From Parcubacteria group bacterium GW2011_GWA2_47_26 (GTDB taxonomy: Bacteria; Patescibacteriota; Patescibacteriia; GWA2-47-26): a DNA stretch of 64,000 nucleotides. The translations under genes and the position numbers were made by a program. Shown here piece after piece: positions 13,663-23,300 of this stretch (position 1 is its first letter; every line of letters starts with the position of its first letter). The notes under the pieces were generated by a model, which was not told the origin of the DNA, did no database searches, and saw only the letters and a list, made by a program, of their open reading frames with translations. The stretch is taken from the NCBI GenBank assembly GCA_001001705.1, contig LCOG01000002.1, positions 20,056 to 84,055 on the forward strand. Direction: 5' to 3'.

Positions 13663-14217
13663 ATGACTATTACAATGCATCAGTTAGAAAGACTGTTTCT
13701 TTATGTTGGTTTATTTTTTTTAATTACGCCCACATACGCGCAATCTCCAACCGTCTCCATTATTTCTCCAGCTCCTGGCGAGGTTGTTTATGGCGATAGT
13801 ATCACGGCGAATGTAAGGATGCCGGATAATTTTATATTGGGGCAAGATGGTTATTTGTATTTTTGGCTTGATGCGCCGCTTGAGCGCGACAGCTCCAATG
13901 CCGTGATTGTTCCAGAGGCACAACATACTTTTGCGCAAGTTACTTCGGGCTTGCATACGCTTTGGGTTGAGCTTGTAAATCAAAACTATGCTTCTCTTTC
14001 TCCCAAAGTTGAAGCAATGGTGGAGTTTGAAACTGTGGTAGAGGGGCTTGCTGGTCCAGGCGGCGGTCCCGGGCCAGTCCCGCCCCAAACAAGTGGCGGT
14101 TTTTTATCAGTCTCTAGCAATACCGTGGCCGTAATTATTTTGATAGGGGTTGCGATTGTAGTTTTATGGTATTTGTTTGGGCGACATAAAAAGGTGTCGC
14201 CTACTAAGAAAACTTGA
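13663..14217 (+). CDS. Hypothetical exported protein with Ig-like segment and C-terminal TM anchor
   Basis: N-terminal hydrophobic segment, PTVSIISPAPGE, GLHTLWVEL, C-terminal TM plus basic tail. Confidence 0.65.
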   Translation: MTITMHQLERLFLYVGLFFLITPTYAQSPTVSIISPAPGEVVYGDSITANVRMPDNFILGQDGYLYFWLDAPLERDSSNAVIVPEAQHTFAQVTSGLHTLWVELVNQNYASLSPKVEAMVEFETVVEGLAGPGGGPGPVPPQTSGGFLSVSSNTVAVIILIGVAIVVLWYLFGRHKKVSPTKKT

Positions 14218-14234
14218 GCGCAGAAGTATTGTGC

Positions 14235-16340
14235 ATGGCAATTAATTATCAACGCGAACTAAACGCCGAGCAGTTGCGTGTAGTCAATGACGGAAACGGT
14301 CCTTGTTTAGTTTTAGCCGGAGCTGGAACAGGCAAGACGCGGACCATTGTGTACCGCGTTGCTTATTTATTGGAACAAGGCATTGATCCGGGCAAGATTT
14401 TGTTGGTTACTTTTACCAATAAAGCCAGCCGCGAGATGTTAAGAAGAGTGGAAATTTTGCTTGGCCACACGCCCGAAGGTCTTTGGGGCGGAACTTTTCA
14501 TCATGTGGGCCATGCAATTTTGCGCCGTTATGGATCGCGCATCGGACTCGCGTCCGGTTTTACTATTTTAGATCAGGATGACAGCATGGAATTGCTAAAA
14601 TCAACTATGGCAGAGCAGGGCCTGTCCACTAAAAAAGATGATAAATCTTTTCTAAAACCCGAAGTATTAGATAACTTAATTAGCTTTTCTGTAAATAGCG
14701 CGCGCGCATTGCCAGAGCTTGTTGAGGAATGGATACCTAAACATGCACATCTAACGCCGGAAATTTTACGCCTCGCAAGCGCCTACGAGCAAAAAAAGCG
14801 CGAACGTAATGTTGTAAGTTTTGATGATTTGCTTTATTTCTGGCTATGCCTTTTGCGTGAGAGGCCCGAGGTGCGCGAGAGTCTAGGCGGTAAGTTTGAT
14901 TATATATTGATTGATGAATATCAGGATACAAATCGTTTGCAAGGTATGATCGTTGAAGAACTTGCTCGTCAAAGTGAAGGCGGTGGGGCTTGTGGTAAAA
15001 ACGTTCTTGTGGTTGGCGATGATGCCCAATCAATCTACGCCTTCCGTGCCGCGACCGTTGAAAATATTATGCGTTTTCCCGAGGTATTTCCCGGCGCAAA
15101 AATTTTCCGTCTTGAACAGAATTATCGCTCTACGCAAGCAATTCTTGATCTGGCGAACGCATGCATCGCTTGCAATCGCCGGCAATTTGAAAAGGAACTT
15201 AAAAGTGCTTGTCATCCTGAGCGAAGCGAAGGATCCCGGCCTAATCGAGAATCACGGGATTCTTCGGCCTCTGGCCTCAGAATGACAGACTATGAGGGCA
15301 CTAGGCCGGAGCTTATTGGGTGCGCTGACGCTACCCAAGAGGCTAGATTTATTGCGGGCAAGGTTTTGGAGTTTCACGACGAAGGCGAATCTCTCCTTGC
15401 AAGCGCTGTACTCTTCCGTGCGGCCTATCAAGCCATGCAGCTTGAACTAGAACTTCAAAAGCGAGGGGTGCCCTATGTTGTTCGGGGCGGTATTCGTTTT
15501 TTTGAACAAGCGCATATCAAAGACGTGGTGGCGTATCTAAAAGTGGTAGCGAATCCAACTGACGAGATTGCTTGGCAGCGTGTGCTAAAAATGGAAGAGG
15601 GAATTGGTGCAAAAACTGCCGCGGTGCTTGCGCAACGCATGATTCATAACTCCCCCCAACCCTCTCTTACCTTAAGAGGTGGTGATATAGTGAATATTCC
15701 TACCCAAAGAGCGCGGGGAAGTGAGGAGGGGTTACAAAAAGTTCTTGCCCGTATTGAAAAATTAAAATCTTTAGATAAGGTCTATAGAATGATTGATTAT
15801 TTATTAGAAGCATTTTACGAAAATTATGCCGAAGCAGTTTTTGAAAACGCGCGAGAGCGGCTTGAAGATTTAAGACAACTCGCGCTTTTTGCCAAAGAGT
15901 ACCAAGAGCTAGAACAATTTTTAGCTGATGCAACCCTTTCAGAAGGCTTTCGCGGGGAAAGAAAAGGGAACGTTTCTAATTTTGTCGAGCAAAATTTAGA
16001 GACGCTCCCTTTTCTTAATGAAGATCAAGAGCATCTAGTGCTCTCTACGATTCATCAAGCTAAAGGCTTGGAGTGGAAAAATGTTTTTGTGGTGGGTCTG
16101 ATTGATGGTCAATTTCCGCATTACAAATCTCACGGTAGCCGCGCAGAGCTCGAAGAAGAACGGCGTCTTTTTTATGTGGCAGTGACGCGCGCCAAAGAGC
16201 AGCTCTTTCTAACCTATCCCGTAACCAGTATGGGCTCGCTTGGCACAGCCGTGCACCAGCCGTCTTTATTTGTCCGCGAACTCAACCCGCATTTGTTTAA
16301 GACCATGCTGGATGACGAAGAAGTCGTCGTTGAAATATAA
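14235..16340 (+). CDS. UvrD/PcrA/Rep family helicase with three palindromic inserts
   Basis: AGAGTGKT, DEYQDTN, VGDDAQSIYAFR, LEQNYRST, STIHQAKGLEW, EERRLFYVAVTRAK. Confidence 0.95.
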   Translation: MAINYQRELNAEQLRVVNDGNGPCLVLAGAGTGKTRTIVYRVAYLLEQGIDPGKILLVTFTNKASREMLRRVEILLGHTPEGLWGGTFHHVGHAILRRYGSRIGLASGFTILDQDDSMELLKSTMAEQGLSTKKDDKSFLKPEVLDNLISFSVNSARALPELVEEWIPKHAHLTPEILRLASAYEQKKRERNVVSFDDLLYFWLCLLRERPEVRESLGGKFDYILIDEYQDTNRLQGMIVEELARQSEGGGACGKNVLVVGDDAQSIYAFRAATVENIMRFPEVFPGAKIFRLEQNYRSTQAILDLANACIACNRRQFEKELKSACHPERSEGSRPNRESRDSSASGLRMTDYEGTRPELIGCADATQEARFIAGKVLEFHDEGESLLASAVLFRAAYQAMQLELELQKRGVPYVVRGGIRFFEQAHIKDVVAYLKVVANPTDEIAWQRVLKMEEGIGAKTAAVLAQRMIHNSPQPSLTLRGGDIVNIPTQRARGSEEGLQKVLARIEKLKSLDKVYRMIDYLLEAFYENYAEAVFENARERLEDLRQLALFAKEYQELEQFLADATLSEGFRGERKGNVSNFVEQNLETLPFLNEDQEHLVLSTIHQAKGLEWKNVFVVGLIDGQFPHYKSHGSRAELEEERRLFYVAVTRAKEQLFLTYPVTSMGSLGTAVHQPSLFVRELNPHLFKTMLDDEEVVVEI
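15210..15287. repeat. Family A element, in frame in the helicase
   Basis: 78 bp; encodes CHPERSEGSRPNRESRDSSASGLRMT. Confidence 0.9.
15645..15735. repeat. Degenerate family B element, in frame in the helicase
   Basis: cataactccccccaaccctctcttaccttaagagg...ggaggggttac. Confidence 0.75.
15962..16013. repeat. Family D element, in frame in the helicase
   Basis: Encodes KGNVSNFVEQNLETLPF. Confidence 0.87.
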
Positions 16341-16402
16341 TGACAAGAAAATAGAGTAAACCATCGCCTCGCTTTCCTTTGATGTTTTTGACGTTAAAGA
16401 AA

Positions 16403-16440
16403 ATTATCACTTTTCATGCGGCCGCATGAAAAGTGATAAT
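16403..16440. repeat. Perfect 38 bp palindrome
   Basis: attatcacttttcatgcgg|ccgcatgaaaagtgataat. Confidence 0.85.
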
Positions 16441-16464
16441 CATACTCAAGGTGGAGTATAGTAT

Positions 16465-16493
16465 TTGACAAGTTTTACCGCCGCCGTTAATAT
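16465..16493 (+). promoter_or_regulatory. Sigma70 promoter for the ArsR-iscS-iscU operon
   Basis: TTGACA-17 bp-TAATAT, followed by an inverted repeat (tatagat...atctata) that could be an ArsR operator. Confidence 0.6.
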
Positions 16494-16515
16494 AGATATA
16501 TAGACGCAAATCTAT

Positions 16516-16794
16516 ATGTTACGGAAAAAGAAGCAGTGTGTTAATTGCTTTAATGTGCTGGGCGATCCGACGCGGGCGCGGATATTGGAGGCCATTAAGC
16601 GTCGACCCTTGAATGTGCGCTCTATTTGCGCCTTATTTGATTTGCGCCAGCCAACAATTACCCATCACCTCCAGACCCTGTACGCCGCCGGCTTAATTAC
16701 CCGGCAAAAACACGGTCGAGAAGTTGAATATAGTTTTAATAAAGATTATCCCTGCGGCAAATGCAATATCTTTGCCATCCCATTGCAGTTTTAA
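16516..16794 (+). CDS. ArsR/SmtB family regulator with a CxxC at each end
   Basis: LGDPTRARIL, QPTITHHLQTL, GREVEY; CVNC and CGKC. Confidence 0.88.
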   Translation: MLRKKKQCVNCFNVLGDPTRARILEAIKRRPLNVRSICALFDLRQPTITHHLQTLYAAGLITRQKHGREVEYSFNKDYPCGKCNIFAIPLQF

Positions 16795-16803
16795 AGGTAT
16801 TCG

Positions 16804-16923
16804 TCCCGTTAGAAGCCGCGGTCGCGATACATTGGAGAGCTAAATATTATGCAAAAGGTCTATATTATAACAACAAACATTAACCAGCAGATCGGGAAGA
16901 CCGCGACCTGCTTCTAACGGGAT
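16804..16923. mobile_element. Family C MITE-like element ending in the iscS ATG
   Basis: tcccgttagaagccgcggtc...gaccgcgacctgcttctaacgggATG. Confidence 0.88.
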
Positions 16924-18331
16924 GAACGAGAAACGCACAGTATATCTTGATCATGCCGCGGCCACACCTCTTGATCCGCAAGTTAAAGAGGCTATGTTGC
17001 CATATCTGGGCGAACAATATGGCAACCCCTCGGCAATCTATGCGCCGGGGCGCATTGCTCGAGAAGCTTTGGATAATGCGCGCGAGACAGTAGCACAGGC
17101 TTTAAATTGCACCGCCGCCGAAATTATGTTTACCGGTAGCGGCACCGAGTCTGCTAATCTGGCCATTTTCGGCGTCGCACGAGGGTATCGTCGTGACCAA
17201 GTCACTGCCGCAGGCGCAACCCGTGACTTGGTCACAAAAGGCCACATCATCACCACCAACATTGAACATCATGCTGTTTTAAATTCCTGCAAAGCCCTTC
17301 AAAACGACGGTTTTGAAGTTACTTATTTGAAAGTAGATCATGACGGGCTTGTAACAGCCGAGCAATTTAAAGCCGCTATTCGGCCGGACACGATTTTAAT
17401 TTCCATCATGTACGCCAATAACGAGATTGGCACAATTGAGCCGATACATGAACTCACGCGCGCAATGCAAGAGCGCAAAAAAGAACTCGGACGCAAGCCA
17501 AATGACCCCCCATTTTTTCATACTGATGCCTGTCAGGCCGCGGGATATTTAGATATTGATGTGAAGAGCCTCGGGGTGGACCCCGTTAGAGGCAGGTCGC
17601 CCCAAGGTGACCGTAGCACTGCCTCTAGCGGGGTGGCCTCTAGCGGGGTGGATTTAATGACAATCAATGGAAGCAAGATTTATGGGCCCAAAGGCACTGG
17701 TGCTCTTTTTGTGCGCCGTGGCTTGAAACTGCAACCGCTAATTTATGGGGGCGGACAAGAAATGAAATTGCGCTCTGGAACAGAGAATGTGGCTGGTATT
17801 GTGGGGTTGGCCACGGCGCTTAAAATTGCGACGCAACTACGCGATAAAGAGGGGCAGCGCTTAATTGCACTGCGTGATCAACTGCTTACTGGCATTATGG
17901 ATCGCATTCCAAAGGTGGTATTAAATGGACACGCCACCAAACGTTTGCCGAACAATGTTGATGTGTCAATTTTAGACATTGAAGGCGAAGCCATGCTTTT
18001 GTATCTGGATGAGCATGGTATATATGTATCAACCGGCAGCGCTTGTGATTCCCAAGCTCTGGATCCCTCGCATGTGATTTTGGCTCTAGGCAAGCCCTAT
18101 GAATTCGCGCACGGCAGTATCCGGTTTACTTTGGGGCGCGCGACTAGCGCAGCAGATATTGATTATGTATTGGATGTCCTGTCGCAGATTGTAAGCACCC
18201 TGCGCAAAATATCGCCGGTGCGCATAGATGTGAATGCAACCGGTATAACTGCTAAGACCGCGTTTGTTGGGGACGGTCTGCCGCATTTCGTAAAACAGCA
18301 GAGTAATAGAGGAAAAAAGGACCGCCTCTAA
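16922..18331 (+). CDS. iscS: Cysteine desulfurase IscS/NifS with two in-frame inserts
   Basis: YLDHAAATP, YGNPS, ANNEIGTI, HTDACQA, SKIYGPKG, RSGTENV, STGSAC. Confidence 0.95.
   Translation: MNEKRTVYLDHAAATPLDPQVKEAMLPYLGEQYGNPSAIYAPGRIAREALDNARETVAQALNCTAAEIMFTGSGTESANLAIFGVARGYRRDQVTAAGATRDLVTKGHIITTNIEHHAVLNSCKALQNDGFEVTYLKVDHDGLVTAEQFKAAIRPDTILISIMYANNEIGTIEPIHELTRAMQERKKELGRKPNDPPFFHTDACQAAGYLDIDVKSLGVDPVRGRSPQGDRSTASSGVASSGVDLMTINGSKIYGPKGTGALFVRRGLKLQPLIYGGGQEMKLRSGTENVAGIVGLATALKIATQLRDKEGQRLIALRDQLLTGIMDRIPKVVLNGHATKRLPNNVDVSILDIEGEAMLLYLDEHGIYVSTGSACDSQALDPSHVILALGKPYEFAHGSIRFTLGRATSAADIDYVLDVLSQIVSTLRKISPVRIDVNATGITAKTAFVGDGLPHFVKQQSNRGKKDRL
17193..17235. repeat. Family E element, in frame in iscS
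   Basis: gtgaccaagtcac...gtgacttggtcac; encodes RDQVTAAGATRDLVT. Confidence 0.88.
17573..17652. repeat. Family C-related element, in frame in iscS and flanked by a repeated GGGGTGGA
   Basis: Encodes GVDPVRGRSPQGDRSTASSGVASSGVD; nearly identical to 19685. Confidence 0.9.
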
Positions 18332-18368
18332 TTTTGCAGAGCAAAATTTAGAAGTGGTCCCTTTTTCC
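18312..18368. repeat. Family D element containing the iscS stop codon
   Basis: aaaggaccgcctcTAAttttgcagagcaaaatttagaagtggtcccttttt. Confidence 0.88.
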
Positions 18369-18389
18369 TTGAATCTGCCTAATCTGTTT

Positions 18390-19058
18390 ATGATTATCAC
18401 ACCATCCGACCTCAAAACCTCTGATGTAGTGCATCCCACGACTGGCCAAAAGTGGGTCTATTCCGATGTTGCACGCGATCACTTTTTTAATCCGCGCAAT
18501 CTAATGCTCAAAGATCCTAAAGACGGCGAATATGACGCCGTGGGCGTAGTTGGGAGTCCGGCCTGCGGTGATGTCATGACCATGTGGCTTAAAATTGACA
18601 AAGCAGACGAGCGCATCTACAAGTTGAAATGGCGGACATTTGGCTGCGGCAGTGCGATTGCGGCAACTTCCATGTTTTCCGCCATGGTTATGGAAAATGG
18701 AGGCAGGACAATTGACGAAGCGCTTAAAATCACTCCTCAAGATATAACCGAGCGTCTTGGCGGTTTACCCGGCCGCAAAATTCATTGTTCTGTGTTGGCG
18801 GATAAGGCCTTTCGAAAAGCTATCAACAATTATTTTCGTACAACTCACCAACATCAGCGCATTGTTGTGGAGGGCGCAAAGGTGATTGATACGGTATTGA
18901 ATATAACTGACCGCGATATTGAAGAGGCTGTGCTTGAAGGCGCGACTACCCTTGAGGAAGTGCAAAATAAACTCAAGGTTGGCGTGGGCTCGCCAGAGTC
19001 AATCCCGGAGCTTGAGCAGTTAATAAGATTTTATAGCGAAAAATATTATGACGGATAG
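18390..19058 (+). CDS. IscU/NifU-type Fe-S scaffold with a degenerate BFD-like C-terminal domain
   Basis: DHFFNPRN, GSPACGDVM, TFGCGSAIA, KIHCSVLA. Confidence 0.9.
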   Translation: MIITPSDLKTSDVVHPTTGQKWVYSDVARDHFFNPRNLMLKDPKDGEYDAVGVVGSPACGDVMTMWLKIDKADERIYKLKWRTFGCGSAIAATSMFSAMVMENGGRTIDEALKITPQDITERLGGLPGRKIHCSVLADKAFRKAINNYFRTTHQHQRIVVEGAKVIDTVLNITDRDIEEAVLEGATTLEEVQNKLKVGVGSPESIPELEQLIRFYSEKYYDG

Positions 19059-19096
19059 AGAAGAAAAATAATCAATAACTCAATAACTTCAACAAT

Positions 19097-19612
19097 ATGT
19101 TACAAGTCGGAAGAAAAGCCCCAGACTTTACTGCCGAAGCTCTAGTGGGCAAAGAATTTAAAACAATTAATTTAAGCGACTACAAAGGCAAGTGGATAGT
19201 TTTATTTTTCTATCCGCTGGATTTTACTTTCATCTGCCCAACCGAGATTCGTGAGTTCTCCAAAAGGCACGATGAATTTGTAAAACTCAATGGCCAGGTT
19301 ATCGGCGCTTCAACCGATAGCGTATACTCGCACTTGGCTTGGACAAAAGAGCTGGGCGAGCTTAATTATCCCTTGCTCTCCGATAACACCCATGAGATCA
19401 GCCGCAATTACGGGATTCTTCTTGAAGATAAAGGAGTTGCCTTGCGTGGAACATTTATTATTGATCCGGAAGGAGTATTGCGCTATCAATTGGTTCACGA
19501 TCTTTCTGTTGGCCGCAGCGTTTCCGAAACTCTGCGCGTATTGCAAGCTTTGCAAACCGGTGAGCTTTGCGGCATTGAATGGAAACCCGGCGAGCAAACG
19601 CTTGGGAAATAA
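19097..19612 (+). CDS. ahpC: 2-Cys peroxiredoxin
   Basis: FFYPLDFTFICPTE, LRGTFIIDPEG, GELC. Confidence 0.95.
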   Translation: MLQVGRKAPDFTAEALVGKEFKTINLSDYKGKWIVLFFYPLDFTFICPTEIREFSKRHDEFVKLNGQVIGASTDSVYSHLAWTKELGELNYPLLSDNTHEISRNYGILLEDKGVALRGTFIIDPEGVLRYQLVHDLSVGRSVSETLRVLQALQTGELCGIEWKPGEQTLGK

Positions 19613-19633
19613 CACGGCAACAGTCCCAAAATT

Positions 19634-20605
19634 ATGACAATAGGGGAGGCTTTGAAGTGGGGCATAAAAAAACTCACTGGCTCTGGGGTGGACCCCGTTA
19701 GAGGCAGGTCGCCTCAAGGTGACCGTAGCACCGCCTTTGGCGGGGCGGCCTCTAACGGGGTAGATTCTCCTGCGCTGGATGCGGAGGTTATTTTAGCGCA
19801 TGTGCTCGGTGTTCCCCGCGCCGAGCTCTATATCCACCCCTTGACCACTCTACTACCGGCAGAAGCGGCGACATATAAAATTTTGATCAAGCGGCGTTTT
19901 AAGCGCGAGCCCGTCGCCTATATTACGGGTCATAAAGAATTTTACGGCATGGATTTCATCGTGGACAAATCTACGCTTATTCCTCGACCGGAAACCGAAA
20001 TGCTCGTGGAGGAAGCGCTAAAGGCGGTTAAGGCTAGGAACACAAAGACATTGTGTGTTGTTGATGTTGGCACTGGTTCGGGTTGTATTATTGTATCCTT
20101 AACTAAAATATTAAACCAAATAAGCCGCCACAAGACCTTGCATTTTTTTGCCACAGAGATCTCACCGCAAGCTCTTAAAATAGCCAAGCTCAACGCCAAA
20201 CGCCATAGTCTTGCTGATAAAATAGTTTTTAGAAAAGGCTATTTGCTCAAACCGATCTTATCCAATCTAGAAAAAACGGTACCGCAATCAAGATTATTGA
20301 TTACGGCAAACTTGCCCTATTTGCCTACAGCCGAGTGGCGGCGCGCCATGGAAGACGTGCATTATGAACCGCGCCAAGCTCTGGATGGCGGTAAAGACGG
20401 ACTAGAATACTACCGGCATTTGTTTGAGCAATTAAAATCCTGGCGCGGCATTAAAAAATTTGCTAACGTGGCCGTGCTCGCTGAAATTGATCCGCATCAG
20501 GTTAATGAATTTACAACTCTGATAAAATCATTTTTCTCGCGAGCCAGTTTATCAATCAAAAAAGATCTGGCCAGCCTTGATCGAGTTGCGATCGCGGTAC
20601 TATGA
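19634..20605 (+). CDS. prmC: Release factor glutamine methyltransferase
   Basis: EPVAYITGHKEFYG, LIPRPETE, DVGTGSGCI, ANLPY, ALDGGKDGL. Confidence 0.94.
   Translation: MTIGEALKWGIKKLTGSGVDPVRGRSPQGDRSTAFGGAASNGVDSPALDAEVILAHVLGVPRAELYIHPLTTLLPAEAATYKILIKRRFKREPVAYITGHKEFYGMDFIVDKSTLIPRPETEMLVEEALKAVKARNTKTLCVVDVGTGSGCIIVSLTKILNQISRHKTLHFFATEISPQALKIAKLNAKRHSLADKIVFRKGYLLKPILSNLEKTVPQSRLLITANLPYLPTAEWRRAMEDVHYEPRQALDGGKDGLEYYRHLFEQLKSWRGIKKFANVAVLAEIDPHQVNEFTTLIKSFFSRASLSIKKDLASLDRVAIAVL
19685..19764. repeat. Family C-related element, in frame in prmC
   Basis: Encodes GVDPVRGRSPQGDRSTAFGGAASNGVD. Confidence 0.9.
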
Positions 20606-20669
20606 GAGCCAAGAGGCTCTTTTTGTTGTGGATATTTGCAGTGGTGTGCTATACTGTAGATAAACAAAT

Positions 20670-23267
20670 ATGGAGCTCCTGATGAAGTTTGTGAGCAGGG
20701 CATGGCGCAAGCTGAAACAGCCTAAGGTTTTAGGCATTGTTTTAGTTGTGGCTTTTGCGGCGTTGATTGTTGCACCAGTGTTGGCACAACCAAGAATAGA
20801 CGTCCCCACTCCCGCCGAACCAACTCTGCCGGACTTTGTTGAAAAGACTATTATAGCTTTAGCTCAAGCTTATTTGCGATTGGTTCAGCCTCTGCTGAAC
20901 TCTTTGATTAGCCAAGTAGTTTGGGTCTCTGGCTATAGCGATTTTGTCAATTCTCTGCCGGTCGTGACTGGTTGGGTAATTGTGCGCGATATTGCCAACA
21001 TGTTCTTTATTATTGTGCTTTTAATCGTGGCATTTGGCACAATTTTAGGGCAAGAACAGTACCATTACAAAAAACTTTTGCCAAAACTTTTGCTTTTGGC
21101 CATACTGGTAAATTTCTCGCGCACCATTGTCGGAGTTTTTACTGACGCGGCGCAAGTAGTCATGCTGACTTTTGTTAATGGTTATTCTGCCTCGGCCGGC
21201 GGCAATTTCGCCCAAATGTTTGGAATTACAGAACTGCTCAAAGCGGACGCCTCGTGTCTTCAGCTTACCGCGGGCGGCGCCTTGAATGTTCAAACGCAAA
21301 CAGTCGGATTTTTATTAGCCGCAATTTTGGTAACCATCTCTGTAATTACGGTATTTGTTGTTTTGGCCGTGCTGATTTTACGCGTGATAATGCTCTGGCT
21401 TTTGACTATTTTATCACCAATTGCTTTTTTAACCGGGACTTTTCCGCAAGGGCAAAAATATTATGCGCAGTGGTGGAAGGAATTTACTGATCAGGCCGTG
21501 GTTGGGCCAATGCTGGCGTTTTTCCTGTGGTTGTCTTTGGTTACGGCTGGCGGAGGAAACGCCTATACTATCATCAATACTTCCAACGCCGTGCAATTAG
21601 ATGCTGCCCAGAGCGCGCCAACCGGCTGTACTTCCGCAGGCACAGCTCCCGCCCTCGCCTCCTTTATCATCAGCATCATGATGCTTTTGGCCGGCGTGCA
21701 AATGTCCCAGCAAATGGGCGGGGCCATCTCCGGAGTCGCCGGCCGGGCCAAAGGTTTTGCCACCAAATTCGCCAAATCAGGGTTTGGAGCGCGGTACGCT
21801 TGGAAATATGGGGGCAAACAGACGGCCGGGTTCCTTGATCGCCAGCAAGGACGTTTCACCGGTATTCAGTTTGCCAAGATTCCGGGAAGATTTAAGGAAG
21901 CCTTGAAAGAAAGGCGCGAGAAAAACGAACAGGCCATAAAGGATAGGGGTTATAGATTGGCCGGAGCGGCCCAAAAATATGTGGGAGCATTACCTATTGC
22001 AGGGCGTCCTTTGGCCGGAATATATGGAGCTTTGGCAGCACCTGATGTTTTGGTCAAGAGTTTTTTGACCAGAGGAATTATGGCGCGGACGGCCCGAGGA
22101 TTACAAGGCAGCGCATTGTATAAATTCCGGCATGCTGACAAAGCAGAAAAAGAGCGGAAGCAAGCAGGGGTCATTGATGAAGGTTTGGCAACTGAAAAAA
22201 CACAATATGAAATCAATAAGTCAAATTTAGATGTGCTTGCACAAAATAGAGCTCGGTATGCGGTACTTTCTTCAAGGGCTACGGCTGGTACCGCCCTCAC
22301 CCCTGCAGAGCTAGTAGAACAAGCGGAGTTAACCGCTGCGATTACAGCGGCGGCACCTGATGAAATAAGATGGCGGACAGATACAGGCACATATGAAGAT
22401 ATTTCAGCAGAAAATAGCCGCGCCACAAGCAGGCAAAAATCAGCTCGGCTCAACGCAAGCGCTGCAAAATCAGAAGGAAAATACGCGCGCGGAGAGGTGC
22501 GCTATGATGTGGCGCGTGAAAATGTGCAGTTTCGACAAGAAAGCGAAGCGCAAAAGACCGTAGATCTTACCAGATCCACTAATGAACTGATAGGAGATCT
22601 TGAGCGTGCAGTTGCAAAACGCGACCAGGCTACTGCCGCATTGCTTTCTAAAACAATTGCCCAGCGCGGAGATACTGGAGATATGCTGAAGCGTTTTGGA
22701 ATTACCGCTACCGGCGTAGCGGGTTTGCATGAATATAAAAACAATGTTTTGCGCAAGCAAGCAGGCCTTGATCAATCATACGCTGATAAAACAGCAGTAC
22801 GTATGTCTGAACACGCCTGGAAAGCTGGGGATATGGATTATGGCAATGCCTATAGAGTTGATCCAATTACCAATGAAGTGAAAGAACAATCGGGCGATGA
22901 AGCGGCTAATATTTCTGCAAAGCGCATGGAGGGCAAGAGCATCTCGTCTATTCTTTCTTCGATTAAACCAGGAGCGTTGAGCGAAACTACTTCAGATGGC
23001 AAGGAACGCATGTCCGGAGTAGCCGCGGCATTGCTTGCGCGCACCAACTCCGAATCGCCAAGAGTCTTGGCCGATCTTTTGCGGCGCGGATTATTCCCCG
23101 CGGAAATTATGAGAGTTATGAAAGGGCAATTGGGAGTATTGGAGACATTGGCTAGCGCGGGCACGCTTAGGCCCGAAATTGTAGAGGGAATTAGAACTGC
23201 ACCGGTCGCCCCGCCTGGACTTTCAACCGAAAATATTGTATCGGAAATTTTAAGGGTAAGGTCGTGA
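20670..23267 (+). CDS. Large polytopic membrane protein, VirB6/TrbL-like
   Basis: GWVIVRDIANMFFI, LVNFSRTI, LSPIAF, WWKEF, several TM segments and a long hydrophilic tail; lies upstream of PrgI/VirB4-like genes. Confidence 0.65.
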   Translation: MELLMKFVSRAWRKLKQPKVLGIVLVVAFAALIVAPVLAQPRIDVPTPAEPTLPDFVEKTIIALAQAYLRLVQPLLNSLISQVVWVSGYSDFVNSLPVVTGWVIVRDIANMFFIIVLLIVAFGTILGQEQYHYKKLLPKLLLLAILVNFSRTIVGVFTDAAQVVMLTFVNGYSASAGGNFAQMFGITELLKADASCLQLTAGGALNVQTQTVGFLLAAILVTISVITVFVVLAVLILRVIMLWLLTILSPIAFLTGTFPQGQKYYAQWWKEFTDQAVVGPMLAFFLWLSLVTAGGGNAYTIINTSNAVQLDAAQSAPTGCTSAGTAPALASFIISIMMLLAGVQMSQQMGGAISGVAGRAKGFATKFAKSGFGARYAWKYGGKQTAGFLDRQQGRFTGIQFAKIPGRFKEALKERREKNEQAIKDRGYRLAGAAQKYVGALPIAGRPLAGIYGALAAPDVLVKSFLTRGIMARTARGLQGSALYKFRHADKAEKERKQAGVIDEGLATEKTQYEINKSNLDVLAQNRARYAVLSSRATAGTALTPAELVEQAELTAAITAAAPDEIRWRTDTGTYEDISAENSRATSRQKSARLNASAAKSEGKYARGEVRYDVARENVQFRQESEAQKTVDLTRSTNELIGDLERAVAKRDQATAALLSKTIAQRGDTGDMLKRFGITATGVAGLHEYKNNVLRKQAGLDQSYADKTAVRMSEHAWKAGDMDYGNAYRVDPITNEVKEQSGDEAANISAKRMEGKSISSILSSIKPGALSETTSDGKERMSGVAAALLARTNSESPRVLADLLRRGLFPAEIMRVMKGQLGVLETLASAGTLRPEIVEGIRTAPVAPPGLSTENIVSEILRVRS

Positions 23268-23300
23268 TAAGGCGATCCGAAAGACGATCATATTAATTAT

